The notes below the pieces were generated by a model. That model did no database searches and was not told the origin of the DNA. It worked only from the letters and a program-made list of their open reading frames with translations. From Negativicutes bacterium (lineage in GTDB: Bacteria > Bacillota > Negativicutes > UBA1444): a DNA stretch of 64,000 nucleotides. Where the stretch lies: NCBI GenBank assembly GCA_963665275.2, contig CAXXIN010000013.1, positions 1 to 64,000 of the forward strand, in the 5' to 3' direction. A program made the position numbers and the translations under genes. Positions 62,531-64,000 of this stretch are shown here, piece by piece; the stretch's first letter is position 1, and each line of letters starts with the position of its first letter.

Positions 62531-62614
62531 TTTAGAAAACACCAACATGTAGAAGGAATATTGATTCTTTCGTAGAATTAAATACCCGAGAAGATCATAG
62601 CGGAGGTGCACCCC

Positions 62615-62893
62615 ATGCTCGTTGACGGTATCAAAGTTGTCGCCGATCCTACTCTGACCAACGAAGAAATTACCTATTTTGTTGCGGAAGAAAAACGCCT
62701 GTGGGAAACTCAAAATAAAAAACTCGGAGTGCTGGAGCTTGCCCTTGACGGCGAGGAAGTCATCGTGAAGGCGACTGAGAAGTCTCCCATCCGGCGCATC
62801 CGCCGTATCACCGGTTACCTGAGCGCCATCGACAACTTCAATGATGCCAAAGTGGCCGAGTGCAATGCCCGGGCCAAACACATCGCCCAGTAA
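62615..62893 (+). CDS. Small protein with class III ribonucleotide reductase (NrdD) C-terminal glycyl-radical motif
   Basis: RIRRITGYL...FNDAKVAE...R..H; GGAGGT RBS before ATG 62615. Confidence 0.8.
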   Translation: MLVDGIKVVADPTLTNEEITYFVAEEKRLWETQNKKLGVLELALDGEEVIVKATEKSPIRRIRRITGYLSAIDNFNDAKVAECNARAKHIAQ

Positions 62894-62961
62894 AAACCCG
62901 GTCTAAGAGAAATAAACTGGCTTTGCCCGCTGTAGCCCGGAGAAACTCTCCCGGGCTTCTT

Positions 62962-63978
62962 TTATTGGAGAACCAGGTGATTGTTCTGAAGCAGATCCAC
63001 CTCCAGGGGCGGATCAATGCGAGTCCCCGACGCAGCCTGGAAAATCCTGATGACCGGTCTTGTCGGAAATCCCCGGTTCTGAGCCACAACCACGCCCTGC
63101 CTGCCGTCATTCAGACGGACAGTCGCGCCAGTCTGACAAATCGGAATCAAACTGATGAATTCCCTGACGAGTTCGCCGTCAAACCAAGTTTCGGCTTTTA
63201 CGTCCAATAGTTCCATTGCCTCCTGAATATTCATCCGCAGGGAGAAAGGATGGCCACCGGACAGCGCTTCCAGGCAGTCGGCCAGTCCCACGATACGGGA
63301 AAACTCGTGAATATCACCTTTTAAAAGGCGATGCGGATACCCTGACCCATCCGAGCGCTCATGATGACAGAGGATCACCCCGCGCGAAAGCGGCGAAATC
63401 TCCCAGCTGTCTTTTACACGCTTGTAGCCAATCACGGCATGCTGCTCATAAAGAAGCTTTTCCTCTAACGTCAAAGCACTCCGTTTTGCCAGCATGGCCT
63501 TGGGCATTCCCGCCACCCCGATATCGTGAAGCAACGCGCCCATGCCCAGTTTTTTCAACTTATCGGCATCATATCCCAAATGATTCCCCAGCAATAGGGA
63601 GAGAAATGCGACATTGACCGAATGACCCAAAAAACCTCCTCCGTGGCAGCGCAGTTCGTAGATATTGACCAGAATTTCCTTGTTGGCAAGAACCTCGTCG
63701 ATAAGCGACTGCACTGTCTGCCTCACCAATAAATAGTCAGGCCGATTGTCCAGCTGGCACTGGGCATAGATCTGGTCCAACGACTGCTCGGCGCTATGAC
63801 GCATTTCGTCAGAGACGCCTGCGGGGATTTCGAGGTCGGCGGTGATGGAATCCTCAACATAAACGTAGCCGACGCCGAGGGCTTTCAGGCGTTCCACAAA
63901 CCGGGGAAGTCCAGCAGTGCCGACGCCCAGCAGAACCCTGCCGCTTTCCGGATCGATGATATCCCGGGTCAGCTTCAT
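62962..63978 (-). CDS. HD-GYP domain protein
   Basis: HSVNVA, LLHDIG, HHERSDGSGYP, TRPVIR C-terminal domain. Confidence 0.9.
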   Translation of the reverse strand: MKLTRDIIDPESGRVLLGVGTAGLPRFVERLKALGVGYVYVEDSITADLEIPAGVSDEMRHSAEQSLDQIYAQCQLDNRPDYLLVRQTVQSLIDEVLANKEILVNIYELRCHGGGFLGHSVNVAFLSLLLGNHLGYDADKLKKLGMGALLHDIGVAGMPKAMLAKRSALTLEEKLLYEQHAVIGYKRVKDSWEISPLSRGVILCHHERSDGSGYPHRLLKGDIHEFSRIVGLADCLEALSGGHPFSLRMNIQEAMELLDVKAETWFDGELVREFISLIPICQTGATVRLNDGRQGVVVAQNRGFPTRPVIRIFQAASGTRIDPPLEVDLLQNNHLVLQ

Positions 63979-64000
63979 CTCTTCGTTCAGTTCGTCAACC

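Noticed and set aside
1-64000. CRISPR array, tRNA or rRNA genes
   Set aside because: No regularly spaced direct repeats or recognisable tRNA/rRNA sequence seen by eye

Overview
Bacterial chromosomal window, most likely from an anaerobic Firmicute of the Negativicutes type (inferred from the walJ-htrA-rlmH order, T-box, SigH-type promoters, fhs/folD and many GGDEF/HD-GYP genes). The right half (about 29-64 kb) is GC-rich housekeeping DNA: htrA, walJ, perR/fur, MATE, an FtsA-like ATPase with beta-grasp repeats, a Trp T-box ECF-trpB2 operon, glgP, c-di-GMP enzymes and a long trmB-ftsW-mutY-PBP-polX-fhs-folD-amidohydrolase-cheR run. The left half, downstream of rlmH, is a patchwork of stand-alone accessory genes. 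Highlights: (1) a complete class IIC group II intron (27123-29001) sits inside rlmH, and splicing restores the conserved DIT-FLIGG junction. (2) A decayed second copy of the rlmH 3' half plus its terminator lies at about 19800-20070, bracketing a roughly 7 kb integrase-less island whose boundary falls almost at the intron site. (3) That island contains an AT-rich RxxxxH (HEPN-like) gene plus a 2-TM gene, a candidate defence module. (4) A stand-alone small protein carries the class III RNR glycyl-radical tail, a possible GrcA-like spare part. (5) An unannotated structured sRNA candidate of about 125 nt has a CUCCC loop. Several frameshifts between 16 and 28 kb look like single-base indels and may be assembly errors. 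All calls come from reading the sequence; no searches were run.
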